A stretch of 64,000 nucleotides of DNA from a virus. The position numbers and the translations under genes are program-made. Of the stretch, positions 37,595-48,033 are shown in pieces (the first letter of the stretch is position 1; each line of letters starts with the position of its first letter). Under the pieces are notes generated by a model. It was given only the letters and a program-made list of their open reading frames with translations. It had not been told where the DNA came from and did no database searches. Where the stretch lies: the IMG/VR virus record IMGVR_UViG_3300027708_000059. One strand, given 5' to 3'.

Positions 37595-37830
37595 TGGCAA
37601 ACGTAAAAAAATCTGTTAACAAATTAACAGTAAAAAAATATATAGTGATATATGATGATAATAAGGGATTTGTTGAACAATGGGCAATGGGTAGTTCAAA
37701 GGAGATTATTGATCATTTTAATGAAGATCCTGAATTATATATAAATGCTGAAGAGTTTCTTACAATATATGAACTTGGTTCAGCTGTTCAATTTAAGTTT
37801 GTAACACCACAAATAGTATTAGATTTATAA
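37594..37830 (+). CDS. hypothetical protein
   Basis: ORF with start/stop coupling. Confidence 0.4.
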   Translation: MANVKKSVNKLTVKKYIVIYDDNKGFVEQWAMGSSKEIIDHFNEDPELYINAEEFLTIYELGSAVQFKFVTPQIVLDL

Positions 37831-37841
37831 AAATATATACA

Positions 37842-38099
37842 ATGGCTATTAATCGCACAAATATTGCAACACATTTAATTGAATATCAATTAACTATGGT
37901 GGGTAAAACTATGGCTGATGCTCAAAAAGATGATATGTGGTTCTTTAATTGGACATTTACACAGGAACAGCATGAAGAGTTCAAAGCTTATGCTCTTCCT
38001 TTGATTAAGAAAGTGTTTAAATGCAATAGAGCTAAAGCACAAGATACATTTGCTTGGTTTGATTTGCAATTTGGCTTACGTATAAAAGAAAAAGAATGA
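37842..38099 (+). CDS. hypothetical protein
   Basis: ORF. Confidence 0.4.
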   Translation: MAINRTNIATHLIEYQLTMVGKTMADAQKDDMWFFNWTFTQEQHEEFKAYALPLIKKVFKCNRAKAQDTFAWFDLQFGLRIKEKE

Positions 38100-38437
38100 G
38101 AAGAATAAAGAACTTACTACGTTGGATCCCAATCATCTGGAAAGACAGAGATTGGGATTTTTATTTCACATATGAAATCTTGAAGAAAAAACTTGAATTC
38201 CAAGCAGAATATACAAGAAAGTATGGATATCATGAAGCTTCTTTACGTGATGCTGATAGAATGCAAACTTGTGTAAATCTTATTACTAAGTTACAGAATG
38301 AAGAATATATAATTATTCCAGTGACAAATAGAGAATACACTGAGCAAGATTTTAAGAATGATCAAATTAGACATGATAAAGCAAGGAAATTATTGTTCAA
38401 AATATTAGAACAAGACATTGAAAGATGGTGGGATTAA
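38096..38437 (+). CDS. hypothetical protein
   Basis: ORF with ATGA overlap. Confidence 0.4.
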   Translation: MRRIKNLLRWIPIIWKDRDWDFYFTYEILKKKLEFQAEYTRKYGYHEASLRDADRMQTCVNLITKLQNEEYIIIPVTNREYTEQDFKNDQIRHDKARKLLFKILEQDIERWWD

Positions 38438-38460
38438 TTTAACAAATAAAACTAAAAATT

Positions 38461-38649
38461 ATGAAAAATTTTGAAGATTGGGAAAGAGAATATCTTACAG
38501 ATTTCATATATTTGCAAGAACAAGGTTATGAATTAGATCGAAAAATTGATGAGCTGATGAATGAACGTACTCCTGCAAATATAGTAGTTATAGACAAAGA
38601 TAAAATATTAGAACATGAACCTATCAAATCTGAAATTCTCCCATTTTAG
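38461..38649 (+). CDS. hypothetical protein
   Basis: ORF. Confidence 0.35.
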   Translation: MKNFEDWEREYLTDFIYLQEQGYELDRKIDELMNERTPANIVVIDKDKILEHEPIKSEILPF

Positions 38650-38680
38650 TTCTATCCAAAGGAGAGGATATAGTTTAGAT

Positions 38681-39250
38681 ATGATTTTTCTTCTCAATTT
38701 AATTGTAGAAGAACAACCAGATCTTGAGAAGCTATGTTCAGAAATTCCAAAGATAGAAGCTATATACCAAGGCATACAAAGAAAGGGACTAATAACAGAA
38801 GAGGGTAAATTAACTCTACCTGGAAAAGAACTAATGGCTTTCTTAGAAACAGAAGAAGATGAATCCTCTGAACTTGTTAAGAAAAAACCTAATGAAGATG
38901 ATTTTAATTCATGGTGGAAAGCCTATCCTGGAACTGATACATTTACACATAAGAACAAAAGTTTTTCAGGTAGTAGAAATCTTAGAGCTAAGAAGGATGA
39001 ATGTAAGATTAAATTTGATAAGATAATAGAAGAAGGAGAATACACTGTAGCTGAATTGATTGAAGCTGTAAAACATGAGGTGCTCCAAAAGAAAGAGAAT
39101 TCTGTAGCAACTAGTATTAACAAAATGACATTCATGCAAAACAGTCTCACCTATTTGAATCAAAGAACATTTGAGCCATTCATAGAGCTTATTAAAGAAG
39201 GACACAAGATTGTAGAAACACAAATTATAAAAGGGAGTACAGACATATGA
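38681..39250 (+). CDS. hypothetical replication-module protein
   Basis: Internal ATG of the 38615 ORF, chosen to avoid overlap with the upstream gene. Its stop overlaps the helicase start. Confidence 0.4.
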   Translation: MIFLLNLIVEEQPDLEKLCSEIPKIEAIYQGIQRKGLITEEGKLTLPGKELMAFLETEEDESSELVKKKPNEDDFNSWWKAYPGTDTFTHKNKSFSGSRNLRAKKDECKIKFDKIIEEGEYTVAELIEAVKHEVLQKKENSVATSINKMTFMQNSLTYLNQRTFEPFIELIKEGHKIVETQIIKGSTDI

Positions 39251-40314
39251 GTTTTGAACAACTTAAACAAGAAGTCCAATCAGGAATGGATGGTAGGAAC
39301 AATGGTATTCCTATGGGTTTTGATAGGCTTAACAAGCATATTGGAATTAGAAAGTCCATATATACACTAGTAGGTGGTAACACTGGTTCTGGTAAGACAT
39401 CATTCATTGATGATGCTTATGTATTAAATCCATTTGATTGGTATATTGATTCTAAGAGAAACAACACAGACATAAAGCTTAGAATTATATATCGTTCTAT
39501 GGAAAGAAATAGCACATATAAGCTAGCTAAATGGATCTCTAGAAAGATATTTGTAGACTATGGAAAACTTATTCCTGTAGGAAAGCTTCTTGGTTGGACA
39601 GATAAAATGACTCCTGATGAGCATGATTTATTCTTGATGTATGAAGACTACGCAAATCATATGAAAGAAGTGATTACACTTATTGGTGGTCCAGAGAATC
39701 CTGTAGGTATAGCTAAAGAGCTAAAAGAGCATGCACTAGCTAATGGTAAAATAGAACAGCTAGATGAACACAATAAGGTTTATATTCCTAATAATGCTAA
39801 TGAGATTACATTAGTGGTAATAGATCATATTGGTCTTCTTAAGACAACAAAGACACAACCCACTAAAAAGGATGCTATTGATAAGATGTCTGATGAACTC
39901 AGATATGCAAGAGATTTCTTTGGATATAGTCCTGTTGTTGTTAGTCAGTTCAACAGAAGTATTTCTAATATCACCAGACTAAAGAATGGTGATGTAGAAC
40001 CACAACTGGAGGATTTCAGTGAGAGTTCTAGTACACAGAATGATGCAGATGTTGTTCTTGCTCTATTTGATCCTATGAGATATAAGGTGGCAGATCCATC
40101 TGGTTATGATCTTAATATTCTTAGAGATGAATATGGTAATAAATACTTTCGTTCTCTCAGGCTTATTAAGAATACATTTGGTTCTGATGATCTTAGAATA
40201 GGAATGGGTTTCCTTGGTCAAGTGGGGATGTTCAAAGAGCTTCCTAAAGTTAGTGCAATGAGTGCAGGTTTATATGAATCAGTGGTAAATAAAACATTTT
40301 TCTTAAATAAATAA
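39247..40314 (+). CDS. DnaB-family replicative helicase (RecA-like C-terminal domain only)
   Basis: Walker A GGNTGSGKTS, Walker B LVVIDHIGLL, and SQFNRS (cf. DnaB SQLNR). Confidence 0.65.
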   Translation: MSFEQLKQEVQSGMDGRNNGIPMGFDRLNKHIGIRKSIYTLVGGNTGSGKTSFIDDAYVLNPFDWYIDSKRNNTDIKLRIIYRSMERNSTYKLAKWISRKIFVDYGKLIPVGKLLGWTDKMTPDEHDLFLMYEDYANHMKEVITLIGGPENPVGIAKELKEHALANGKIEQLDEHNKVYIPNNANEITLVVIDHIGLLKTTKTQPTKKDAIDKMSDELRYARDFFGYSPVVVSQFNRSISNITRLKNGDVEPQLEDFSESSSTQNDADVVLALFDPMRYKVADPSGYDLNILRDEYGNKYFRSLRLIKNTFGSDDLRIGMGFLGQVGMFKELPKVSAMSAGLYESVVNKTFFLNK

Positions 40315-40318
40315 AATT

Positions 40319-40519
40319 ATGAAATTAGAATTAGTAAAATTCAATTCCTTCCCAAATAAAAAGGATAAGTTTTGGCAGATAGTGCTAATACCAACCATCA
40401 CAATATTGGCTAATGAAGAAAACAAAGATGAATACATAGCTATTAACTTTGAGTGGTTATTTTGGACGCTAACACTTATAATCTCAGAACATGGAAAGAA
40501 GTACATATATCAAGATTAA
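40319..40519 (+). CDS. hypothetical protein
   Basis: ORF. Confidence 0.3.
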   Translation: MKLELVKFNSFPNKKDKFWQIVLIPTITILANEENKDEYIAINFEWLFWTLTLIISEHGKKYIYQD

Positions 40520-40736
40520 ATCAGAAGCTCCTCTACAATTAGTGTATGAACTATATAGAGAGAGATTTGATCATGGTGGAAATAACATATTTCTTAATCA
40601 AAATGATTTCTTCAGATTTGTCCAGATGTGGAACAATATAAATAACTTATGTCATCAAGCAATAGAATATTATGATGCAAAGTTTGGAATTGTAACAGTC
40701 TTGGATAAGGATGGCAAACCTTTAAAATACATGTAA
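40491..40736 (+). CDS. hypothetical protein
   Basis: ORF. Confidence 0.35.
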   Translation: MERSTYIKIKSEAPLQLVYELYRERFDHGGNNIFLNQNDFFRFVQMWNNINNLCHQAIEYYDAKFGIVTVLDKDGKPLKYM

Positions 40737-41827
40737 TGAAATCAATTAGAGATAAGCGACAACAAGAATTTGCAGATATATGGCTTAAGAAGAAGCGTGG
40801 TATTTTAAATTTATGTCCCAGGTTTGGTAAAATTTTCACAACTATTAATATTTTGGAGAAAATGCCTGATGATATTAATATTCTAATAGCCTATCCAGAT
40901 GTAAAGATTAAAGACTCTTGGCAAACAGATTTTAAAGCAAGAGGGTATAACAATCCAAATATTAGATATGTAACACATTTATCTTTATGGAAATATAATG
41001 GTATTGATGTTAATATTAAATTTGATGTTATTATTATTGATGAGATACATTTACTATCTGATGCACAACTAGATGAAACTGATGAGTTGATAAGAAATAA
41101 TAAACATATATTAGGACTCACAGGAACTCTATCTGTAGCAACAGAACGTGAGATAGAGGAAAGGCTTGATCTACATGTAATAGCTCACTATCCTATTGAA
41201 TTAGCCATTCAGGAGGGTGTTATAGTGGATTATGAGATAAATGTAATAAAGGTGCCCCTTGATAACACTGTTATGGTTAAATATAAGACCAAAACAAGAA
41301 CAGAAAAACAACAGTTTGATAGTTATGCATGGGTGATTGACCAATTAGAGAGACAAAATAGAAATACAATGTTTCTTAGGTTAGCCAGGATGAGAATTAT
41401 TCAGTCATCTCTTGCCAAAACTAATGCTACAAAGGCACTTTTGGCAAAATATAAAGATGAACGTATTCTTGTATTCTGTGGACTAACTAAAATAGCAGAT
41501 GAATTGGGTATTCCTTCCTATCACAGTAAATCAGACGAGAAACAGGTGTTTGATGATTTTGCTGAAGGTAGAGGTAATCATCTAGCTGTTGTAAAAATTG
41601 GTAATACAGGGGTGACATATAAACCTCTTAATAAGGTGATCATTAACTATTTTGATAGTAATGGAGAAAACCTAGCACAAAAGATAAATAGATGTATGGC
41701 CATGGAATATAACACTCCAGATAAAAAAGCACATATTTATATCATCAGTTCAACTGAAGAAGTGGAGGCTAAATGGCTAAAAAAAGCATTGGAATTCTTT
41801 GATAACAGTAAAATTAAATACATATGA
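40736..41827 (+). CDS. superfamily 2 (DEAD/DEAH-like) helicase
   Basis: Motif I-like GKIFT, motif II IIIDEIHLL, motif III-like GLTGTL. Confidence 0.6.
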   Translation: MKSIRDKRQQEFADIWLKKKRGILNLCPRFGKIFTTINILEKMPDDINILIAYPDVKIKDSWQTDFKARGYNNPNIRYVTHLSLWKYNGIDVNIKFDVIIIDEIHLLSDAQLDETDELIRNNKHILGLTGTLSVATEREIEERLDLHVIAHYPIELAIQEGVIVDYEINVIKVPLDNTVMVKYKTKTRTEKQQFDSYAWVIDQLERQNRNTMFLRLARMRIIQSSLAKTNATKALLAKYKDERILVFCGLTKIADELGIPSYHSKSDEKQVFDDFAEGRGNHLAVVKIGNTGVTYKPLNKVIINYFDSNGENLAQKINRCMAMEYNTPDKKAHIYIISSTEEVEAKWLKKALEFFDNSKIKYI

Positions 41828-42069
41828 AATTAATAAATATAAACACAACAGCGTATAAAGAAGAAGATTTTCTATTATACACTGATTTAACAAAAAAACA
41901 GATAATTGCAGTGATTGAACCCTTTGTACTTGCTGAACGTCAAGATTTATTAGATAGTGAAGGTACTTTTTATGATAATGAGATGTTAGTAAATGCTTTA
42001 AAAGCAACATATTCTAAAAATCATATAGACCATTACCAAATTGAGGACATTGATCAAATAAGCATTTAA
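41824..42069 (+). CDS. hypothetical protein
   Basis: ORF with ATGA overlap. Confidence 0.35.
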   Translation: MKLININTTAYKEEDFLLYTDLTKKQIIAVIEPFVLAERQDLLDSEGTFYDNEMLVNALKATYSKNHIDHYQIEDIDQISI

Positions 42070-42080
42070 ATTATATAAAC

Positions 42081-42278
42081 ATGAAAATAGAATTAATAAA
42101 AGAGCAAGAATTTAATGACACTCCTTGGTATAGTATCCATATAGATGGAATATATATAAGTGGAACATTAACTAGAAAACTTCATGATGCTGAAGGGTTT
42201 TATGAAACACTTTCTAAAAATCCTGATGCAAAAAAGATAAAAGAAATTTTGAAATATCAAGAAATAGTTGTACCTTAG
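42081..42278 (+). CDS. hypothetical protein
   Basis: ORF. Confidence 0.35.
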   Translation: MKIELIKEQEFNDTPWYSIHIDGIYISGTLTRKLHDAEGFYETLSKNPDAKKIKEILKYQEIVVP

Positions 42279-42296
42279 TGGCTAAAAAAAAAGATT

Positions 42297-42968
42297 ATGG
42301 CAAGTAAATTAATTGGTGTTGTTGGACAAACAGGTACTGGAAAGTCAACAAGCATTAAACATCTGAATCCAGCAGAAACCTACATTATTAATGTAGCAAA
42401 GAAAGAGTTGCCTTTTAAAGGAGCTGAAAAACTGTATAATGCAGAGTTGAAGAACTACAAAGAAGTGGATGATGCAAATGAGATAGCTCGTTTGTTAAAG
42501 ACTATTTCTGATAAAGCTCCTCATATCAAGAACATTATCATCGAAGACTCTAATTACATTATGGGATTCAATATTATCTCTAAAGCTACAGAGGTTGGAT
42601 TTACCAAATTCACTCTAATGGCTAGAGATATGGTGGATCTATTTAGAGAAGCTAGAAGACTAAGAGATGATATCAAAGTGTTCTATTTCACTCATCCAGA
42701 AACTATAGAAGATGGTGGTGAAATTATAGGATATAAGATTAAGACAGCAGGAAAAATGATTGATAATCAAATCTTGCTTGAAGGACTACTTACAATGTGT
42801 TTATATACATTTGTAGAAGATAACAAAGATGGTAGTGCTAGTTATAATTTCTTAACTAATAGATTTAGAAAGTTTCCAGCTAAAACTCCAGATGGAATGT
42901 TTAAAGACATTAAGATTCCAAACAACTTGCAATTAGTTGCAGATACAATTGATGCGTATTATATTTAA
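42297..42968 (+). CDS. P-loop ATPase (AAA_24 / Sak4-like recombination ATPase candidate)
   Basis: Walker A VVGQTGTGKST and Walker B IIIEDSNY. Sits among recombination genes. Confidence 0.5.
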   Translation: MASKLIGVVGQTGTGKSTSIKHLNPAETYIINVAKKELPFKGAEKLYNAELKNYKEVDDANEIARLLKTISDKAPHIKNIIIEDSNYIMGFNIISKATEVGFTKFTLMARDMVDLFREARRLRDDIKVFYFTHPETIEDGGEIIGYKIKTAGKMIDNQILLEGLLTMCLYTFVEDNKDGSASYNFLTNRFRKFPAKTPDGMFKDIKIPNNLQLVADTIDAYYI

Positions 42969-42989
42969 CAACAATAAAAACTTAAAACT

Positions 42990-43226
42990 ATGAATGAAGA
43001 ATTAATTAAAGAATTTGATGATCTTGTTGAAAAAATCTTAGAAGATGAATTTGATGATGTAAAAATGACAATGTATGAAGTATATGACATTGCAACTAAA
43101 ATGCAATATAATAGATTATATGCATCAGCCAATGTTATTAATACAGGATTAGATTGTATACCATCAGCATTAGAGAAAATTGCAATGGAATTAGCAAATG
43201 TAGCACAGTCAAGAGCAGAATTTTAA
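42990..43226 (+). CDS. hypothetical acidic protein
   Basis: ORF. Confidence 0.35.
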   Translation: MNEELIKEFDDLVEKILEDEFDDVKMTMYEVYDIATKMQYNRLYASANVINTGLDCIPSALEKIAMELANVAQSRAEF

Positions 43227-43252
43227 TAACAAACAATAAAAACTAGAAAACA

Positions 43253-44122
43253 ATGAGTAACATTGGAGGAAAAAAACGTGAGCAATCACAAATGTCAGAT
43301 TTTAAGAAATCTGTAGGATTATTTGAAGCAACTGTGGTTGCAATTAACCCTGATATTGAAGAATATAAGGAGAAATTGGGCATGGAGCTTAAAGAAGACA
43401 GTAAAGCTGTTGAGTATCTTGGTACAAGTCAAGATGGTAACAAAACACTTCGTGTAGATGTGTGGTTGGAAGATGTAAAGAACAACAACAAGTTCAAAAC
43501 AACGTTCTTCTTGGAAAACAAGGAAAAGGAGAATAAGGACAAAACAAAGAAGCAATATATTAACAATATTGGTTCTTGTTCTTGGGCTGATGATGCTAAC
43601 AATCTTCCTACATGGTTTGCTGCTAGAGAATATCGTGTAGCATTTGTAGGAGAAGAAGAGCTTTACAATTTCATGCGTACATGGTTGGGAGATCTTGATT
43701 ATCGTGATGCTGAAACCACTCTACAATTAGATTGGTCTAAGATGATGAAAGGTAATGTTAAAGATCTAAAAGCACAGGTTAATGGAGAATGGTGTACTAA
43801 TATTGTTGCACTTGCTACTATTAAGACTGTTCAAAAGGAAGATGAGATTAAGGAATATCAAGGTGTTTTCAATAAAGCATTCTTGCCATCTTATTCTCTA
43901 AAGCTGTTTAGATTGATTAACTATAATGATCAAACTATCATCAGTAATCTACGTGCTAAGAAGTCTAAAGACTTGAAACCACATGAACGCTTTGTTATTA
44001 ATGTAACAGGTGAGTATGGTTGTAAAGACTTTTACACTTTTAAAGACCTAAAGGAGTACAATTCAGATGATAACCTTGTAGCTTCGGACAAGGTGATTGC
44101 TGAAGATGATATGGAATTTTAA
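43253..44122 (+). CDS. hypothetical protein (possible ssDNA-binding/annealing protein by position)
   Basis: 289-aa ORF between the ATPase and the primase. No clear motif. Confidence 0.35.
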   Translation: MSNIGGKKREQSQMSDFKKSVGLFEATVVAINPDIEEYKEKLGMELKEDSKAVEYLGTSQDGNKTLRVDVWLEDVKNNNKFKTTFFLENKEKENKDKTKKQYINNIGSCSWADDANNLPTWFAAREYRVAFVGEEELYNFMRTWLGDLDYRDAETTLQLDWSKMMKGNVKDLKAQVNGEWCTNIVALATIKTVQKEDEIKEYQGVFNKAFLPSYSLKLFRLINYNDQTIISNLRAKKSKDLKPHERFVINVTGEYGCKDFYTFKDLKEYNSDDNLVASDKVIAEDDMEF

Positions 44123-44185
44123 TTTAGAAAAACCAATAAAACCCTCTCATCATTCAGTTGGTGAGGGGGTTTTTATATTTAAGCT

Positions 44186-45190
44186 ATGATTACAGGAAGA
44201 AAGAAAACAAAACTTACCATGCAGTCTGTTCTTGATAAGATTACAGAATATGACATATTTAGGTGGTATATGCCTGATAAATCATGGAAACTCAATCGTG
44301 TAACATATTCTCCATATAGAAATGAGAGTAATCCTTCCTTCATAATAGGGAATAAGAATGGCAATCTATCATTTATAGATTTTGCTGACACTAGTAGAAG
44401 AGGTGATTGTTTTGAATTTGTCAAGACATTACATAATCTTTCTTCTATGGATGATGTGTTAAAATTGATTGATAGAGATTTTCATTTGGGAATAGCTAGT
44501 GGTGTTGCTACAGAGGAATATAAAAAGATAGTTTCTGAATACAAACAACCTGAAGATCTTGGTAAGAGATATTCCCTTATACAAGTGGTAACAAGGAAGT
44601 TTAATAATGATGAGCTAGCTTATTGGAATGCCTATCACCAGAGTTTACAAGATCTCAGAGATAACAATGTATATGCTATTAAGAAGGTGTTCTTGAACAA
44701 GAGCTTATTTGCTATTAAGGAGAATGAGTTAACATTTGGTTATTTCTATGATGGTCACTGGAAGATATATAGACCATTTGCAGATAAGAAAGTTAAATGG
44801 GTTCCTAATAATGTACCTATCACAGCAATGGATGGTAAAGAAGATATAAAAGATTGTCAAATAGCCTTTATAAATAAAAGTAAGAAGGATTATATGGTGA
44901 TGAAGAAACTTTTTCCTTGTAGCTGTGCAGTGCAAAATGAAGGACTTGGTTGCTTTTCTACAGAGAATGTAGAATATCTAAGAGCAAACAGTGAGAAACA
45001 AATCTTAAGCTTTGATTCTGATGTTACAGGTGTACAGAATAGCCAGCAAATCACTAAAGTGTTTGGTTTTGGTTATCTGAATGTACCCAAGAAGTATTTA
45101 ACAGAAGGAATTAAAGATTGGGCTGATCTTGCTAAAATACATGGTATGGATGTAATTGAGAATTATTTAAAACAAAAGAAACTGTTATGA
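44186..45190 (+). CDS. DNA primase-like protein
   Basis: SPYRNESNPSF resembles the primase zinc-binding motif (CPFH..TPSF) with the Cys residues replaced. A later SFDSDVTG fits a TOPRIM D-x-D. Position is between helicase genes. Confidence 0.45.
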   Translation: MITGRKKTKLTMQSVLDKITEYDIFRWYMPDKSWKLNRVTYSPYRNESNPSFIIGNKNGNLSFIDFADTSRRGDCFEFVKTLHNLSSMDDVLKLIDRDFHLGIASGVATEEYKKIVSEYKQPEDLGKRYSLIQVVTRKFNNDELAYWNAYHQSLQDLRDNNVYAIKKVFLNKSLFAIKENELTFGYFYDGHWKIYRPFADKKVKWVPNNVPITAMDGKEDIKDCQIAFINKSKKDYMVMKKLFPCSCAVQNEGLGCFSTENVEYLRANSEKQILSFDSDVTGVQNSQQITKVFGFGYLNVPKKYLTEGIKDWADLAKIHGMDVIENYLKQKKLL

Positions 45191-45453
45191 CAGTAGAATT
45201 AGATTATTGGGATAGAGTGAGTTATACATCACCCCATTCTGAAATGAAACGTAAAGAAAATATAGAAGCAGATGCAGAAATAGAAATATTTGAGAAGTTT
45301 TATAAAATGAATAATAGACTTCGTTACTGTAATGGTTCTTATTATAGATTTGGTACAAAAGAATGGCAAGATAAATACAATAACTGGTTACAAAGTGATG
45401 ATTATAAAGCAAAATCATTTAACCTATATTATGGAAATGGAGTAGTAGATTAA
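45187..45453 (+). CDS. hypothetical protein
   Basis: ORF with ATGA overlap. Confidence 0.35.
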   Translation: MTVELDYWDRVSYTSPHSEMKRKENIEADAEIEIFEKFYKMNNRLRYCNGSYYRFGTKEWQDKYNNWLQSDDYKAKSFNLYYGNGVVD

Positions 45454-45464
45454 AAACATAAATT

Positions 45465-45638
45465 ATGAAACAGAAAGAAAATAACTTATTTGATCTAATT
45501 GAAGCTATTGAAGATAATATTGAATGGCTAGAGACATTAGAAGAAGATGAAATAGAATGTATATCTATTGAGAATTTAGAAGGAATATTAAGCAAATTTT
45601 TTAACAAAACAATTAAAATCAATAAAGATGGCAAATAA
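45465..45638 (+). CDS. small acidic protein (57 aa)
   Basis: MKQKENNLFDLIEAIEDNIEWLETLEEDE... Overlaps the next start by about 11 nt. Coordinates +/-2. Confidence 0.3.
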   Translation: MKQKENNLFDLIEAIEDNIEWLETLEEDEIECISIENLEGILSKFFNKTIKINKDGK

Positions 45639-46437
45639 AATAGAAGTTTACACAACAACAAAAGATTTATTATTAGCAGCACCTGTTCCACAAGATACAA
45701 GAACATATAAAGCTGTAAGTCATGGTCAATTAATTGATCTAACATTGAATAGTATTGAGAAAGCTGGATTTACACTAGACAAAGAGATATATAGTTCTAG
45801 TAGAGGTGGAAGTGTAGCTAATGGTAGATTTAGTATTAGTAATGTAGCTGATAGTGAAATGCAATTACAAATAGGCTGGCAGAATAGCTATGACAAAACT
45901 TTGACATTAAAGTTTGCTATGGGCACACGTATATTCATTTGTCAAAATGGTTGTGTATCTGGAGATATGGGAGCATTCAAGAAGAAGCACCAAGGAGTTA
46001 TTCAAGATTTCACACCTGGAGCAATTTCTGAATATATCAAACAAGCTGGAGATTCTTTTGTAAGCATGCAGAAAGAAAGAGAAGAAATGAAGCAAATCGA
46101 AATCACCAAGAGAATCAAAGCTGAATTGATTGGTAGAATGATGATTGAAGAAAGCTTCATCACCTCAACACAGATGAACATCATCATGAGAGAATTAGAT
46201 GCTCCTACACATGATTATAATGCTAAAGATAGTCTTTGGGAGTTGTATAATTATACAACATTTGCTATGAAAGAGTCTCATCCAACATTATGGATGGACA
46301 CTCACATGAAAGCACATAGTTTCTTTGTTAATGAGAGTGGATCTATTATATCTCCAACAAAAGAATATAATTATGAGCCTACAGAGATGTACAAACAAGT
46401 TGAAATAGATTGGAATCACGCTGAAATATTAAGTTAA
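45628..46437 (+). CDS. hypothetical protein
   Basis: 269-aa ORF. Confidence 0.4.
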   Translation: MANKIEVYTTTKDLLLAAPVPQDTRTYKAVSHGQLIDLTLNSIEKAGFTLDKEIYSSSRGGSVANGRFSISNVADSEMQLQIGWQNSYDKTLTLKFAMGTRIFICQNGCVSGDMGAFKKKHQGVIQDFTPGAISEYIKQAGDSFVSMQKEREEMKQIEITKRIKAELIGRMMIEESFITSTQMNIIMRELDAPTHDYNAKDSLWELYNYTTFAMKESHPTLWMDTHMKAHSFFVNESGSIISPTKEYNYEPTEMYKQVEIDWNHAEILS

Positions 46438-46438
46438 T

Positions 46439-47155
46439 ATGAATTTTGAGAAATTTAAAGAATCTTTTCATGAGAGCTGGCATAATAAAATGCAACCTTT
46501 CATAGAAAGTGAGGAGTGTGATGCTATTTATAAATTTCTAAAAGCTGAAAGTCAGAGGGGCAAGAAGATTGCCCCTCTTTCTTCTAATGTCTATAGATGT
46601 TTTGCAGAAACTCCTTTAGATGATGTAAAGGTGGTCTTGCTAGGTATGTGTCCCTATCATACACTAAAAAGTGGTAATCCTGTAGCTGATGGACTATTAA
46701 TGGGTTGTAGAAACACAATGGAACTACAGCCATCATTAAAACAGTTTTATGACGCTATAGAGAGAGAAGTATATGAAGGACTAACATTAAATGCATACAA
46801 AGATCCAGATGTCACTCATCTAGCAAAAAAGGGTGTATTGATGTTAAATGCTGCTTTAACAACAGAAATAAACAAAGCAGGCTCTCATATAGAATTATGG
46901 GAACCATTTACAAAGTATTTATTTGAACATGTATTAACACATTCAGGAGCACCAGTGATATTTCTAGGCAAAGATGCAGCTAAATATGAGAAATATTCAA
47001 ATCCATTCACATGGTCATTTAAACTATCTCATCCAGCATCTGCTAGTTACAAAAATACACAATGGGATACAGAGGGTGTATTTACAAAGGTTAATAAGAT
47101 AATTAAAGAAAACAACAATTTTACCATCGAATGGTTGAATATTCTACCATTTTAA
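46439..47155 (+). CDS. uracil-DNA glycosylase (family 1-like)
   Basis: WHNKMQPF ... DVKVVLLGMCPYH ... GLLMGC matches the UNG water-activating loop (GQDPYH) and surrounding pattern. Confidence 0.7.
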   Translation: MNFEKFKESFHESWHNKMQPFIESEECDAIYKFLKAESQRGKKIAPLSSNVYRCFAETPLDDVKVVLLGMCPYHTLKSGNPVADGLLMGCRNTMELQPSLKQFYDAIEREVYEGLTLNAYKDPDVTHLAKKGVLMLNAALTTEINKAGSHIELWEPFTKYLFEHVLTHSGAPVIFLGKDAAKYEKYSNPFTWSFKLSHPASASYKNTQWDTEGVFTKVNKIIKENNNFTIEWLNILPF

Positions 47156-47165
47156 AAATAAAACC

Positions 47166-47474
47166 ATGTTACAAGAAGTAGAAATCAAAGATTTAGAAGC
47201 AGGAGATGAAATACTCATCTCTTGTCAGAGCTTTTTTAAATATTTAATATTGTTGAGAACTCCTCAGACAGGAAAGAAATTACATTGGAAAACACAGGGT
47301 CCTATGTATAAATCTGTAAAATGTTCTACAAGAGTTGATTCAATAGTACATACATCTAATACACATAAATGGACAGAAAATAAATATATACTCACCAATA
47401 AAGATCATAATAAAGAAGTGTATATAGATTTAGCATATAGACAAATATTATTAGTTAAGAAAAACAGCAATTAA
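47166..47474 (+). CDS. hypothetical protein
   Basis: ORF. Confidence 0.35.
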   Translation: MLQEVEIKDLEAGDEILISCQSFFKYLILLRTPQTGKKLHWKTQGPMYKSVKCSTRVDSIVHTSNTHKWTENKYILTNKDHNKEVYIDLAYRQILLVKKNSN

Positions 47475-47476
47475 TT

Positions 47477-47665
47477 ATGAAAAACACTAGAGACCTTAAA
47501 AATTATGTCAGAGACATGATTGTTAAACATCCAGAACTAAAAGAGCAAATGCTTGAATTTTTAGAATTATGTATGAATGAAATTGAAGAAGGTGAAAGTC
47601 CTTCTAATGAAATGCATTTATGTGTACGTGATATTGAACAATTAATTACAAATCAACAATTATGA
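47477..47665 (+). CDS. hypothetical protein
   Basis: ORF. Confidence 0.35.
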   Translation: MKNTRDLKNYVRDMIVKHPELKEQMLEFLELCMNEIEEGESPSNEMHLCVRDIEQLITNQQL

Positions 47666-48033
47666 GAACATTAAAATACGGAGGAGATCTTCAAATAGGA
47701 GATTTTATTGGAGTAAGTGTTAATAATTGTATGGATTTTGGATGGTATTGTGGTGATGGTATAAATAAAACATTACAATATTATACTATATGGGCTCCTA
47801 AAGTTAGATATGAAGATTATGAAGCATGGAAAAAACTTCCAGAGGACAAAAATCCTGGGGCTTATAAGAATGGATGGACAATAAAATGTTTGTATAAATC
47901 ATATATAAACACTGTACATGATACAAGAGTGATAAAAATTCTTCATCCAGAAGATATATTTACAAATAAAGCAGATAGAGAAGCATACGAAAAGTCAAAA
48001 GAAGTATTAATTAAGTTAAATTTCATCAAATGA
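47662..48033 (+). CDS. hypothetical protein
   Basis: ORF with ATGA overlap to the GHKL gene. Confidence 0.4.
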   Translation: MRTLKYGGDLQIGDFIGVSVNNCMDFGWYCGDGINKTLQYYTIWAPKVRYEDYEAWKKLPEDKNPGAYKNGWTIKCLYKSYINTVHDTRVIKILHPEDIFTNKADREAYEKSKEVLIKLNFIK

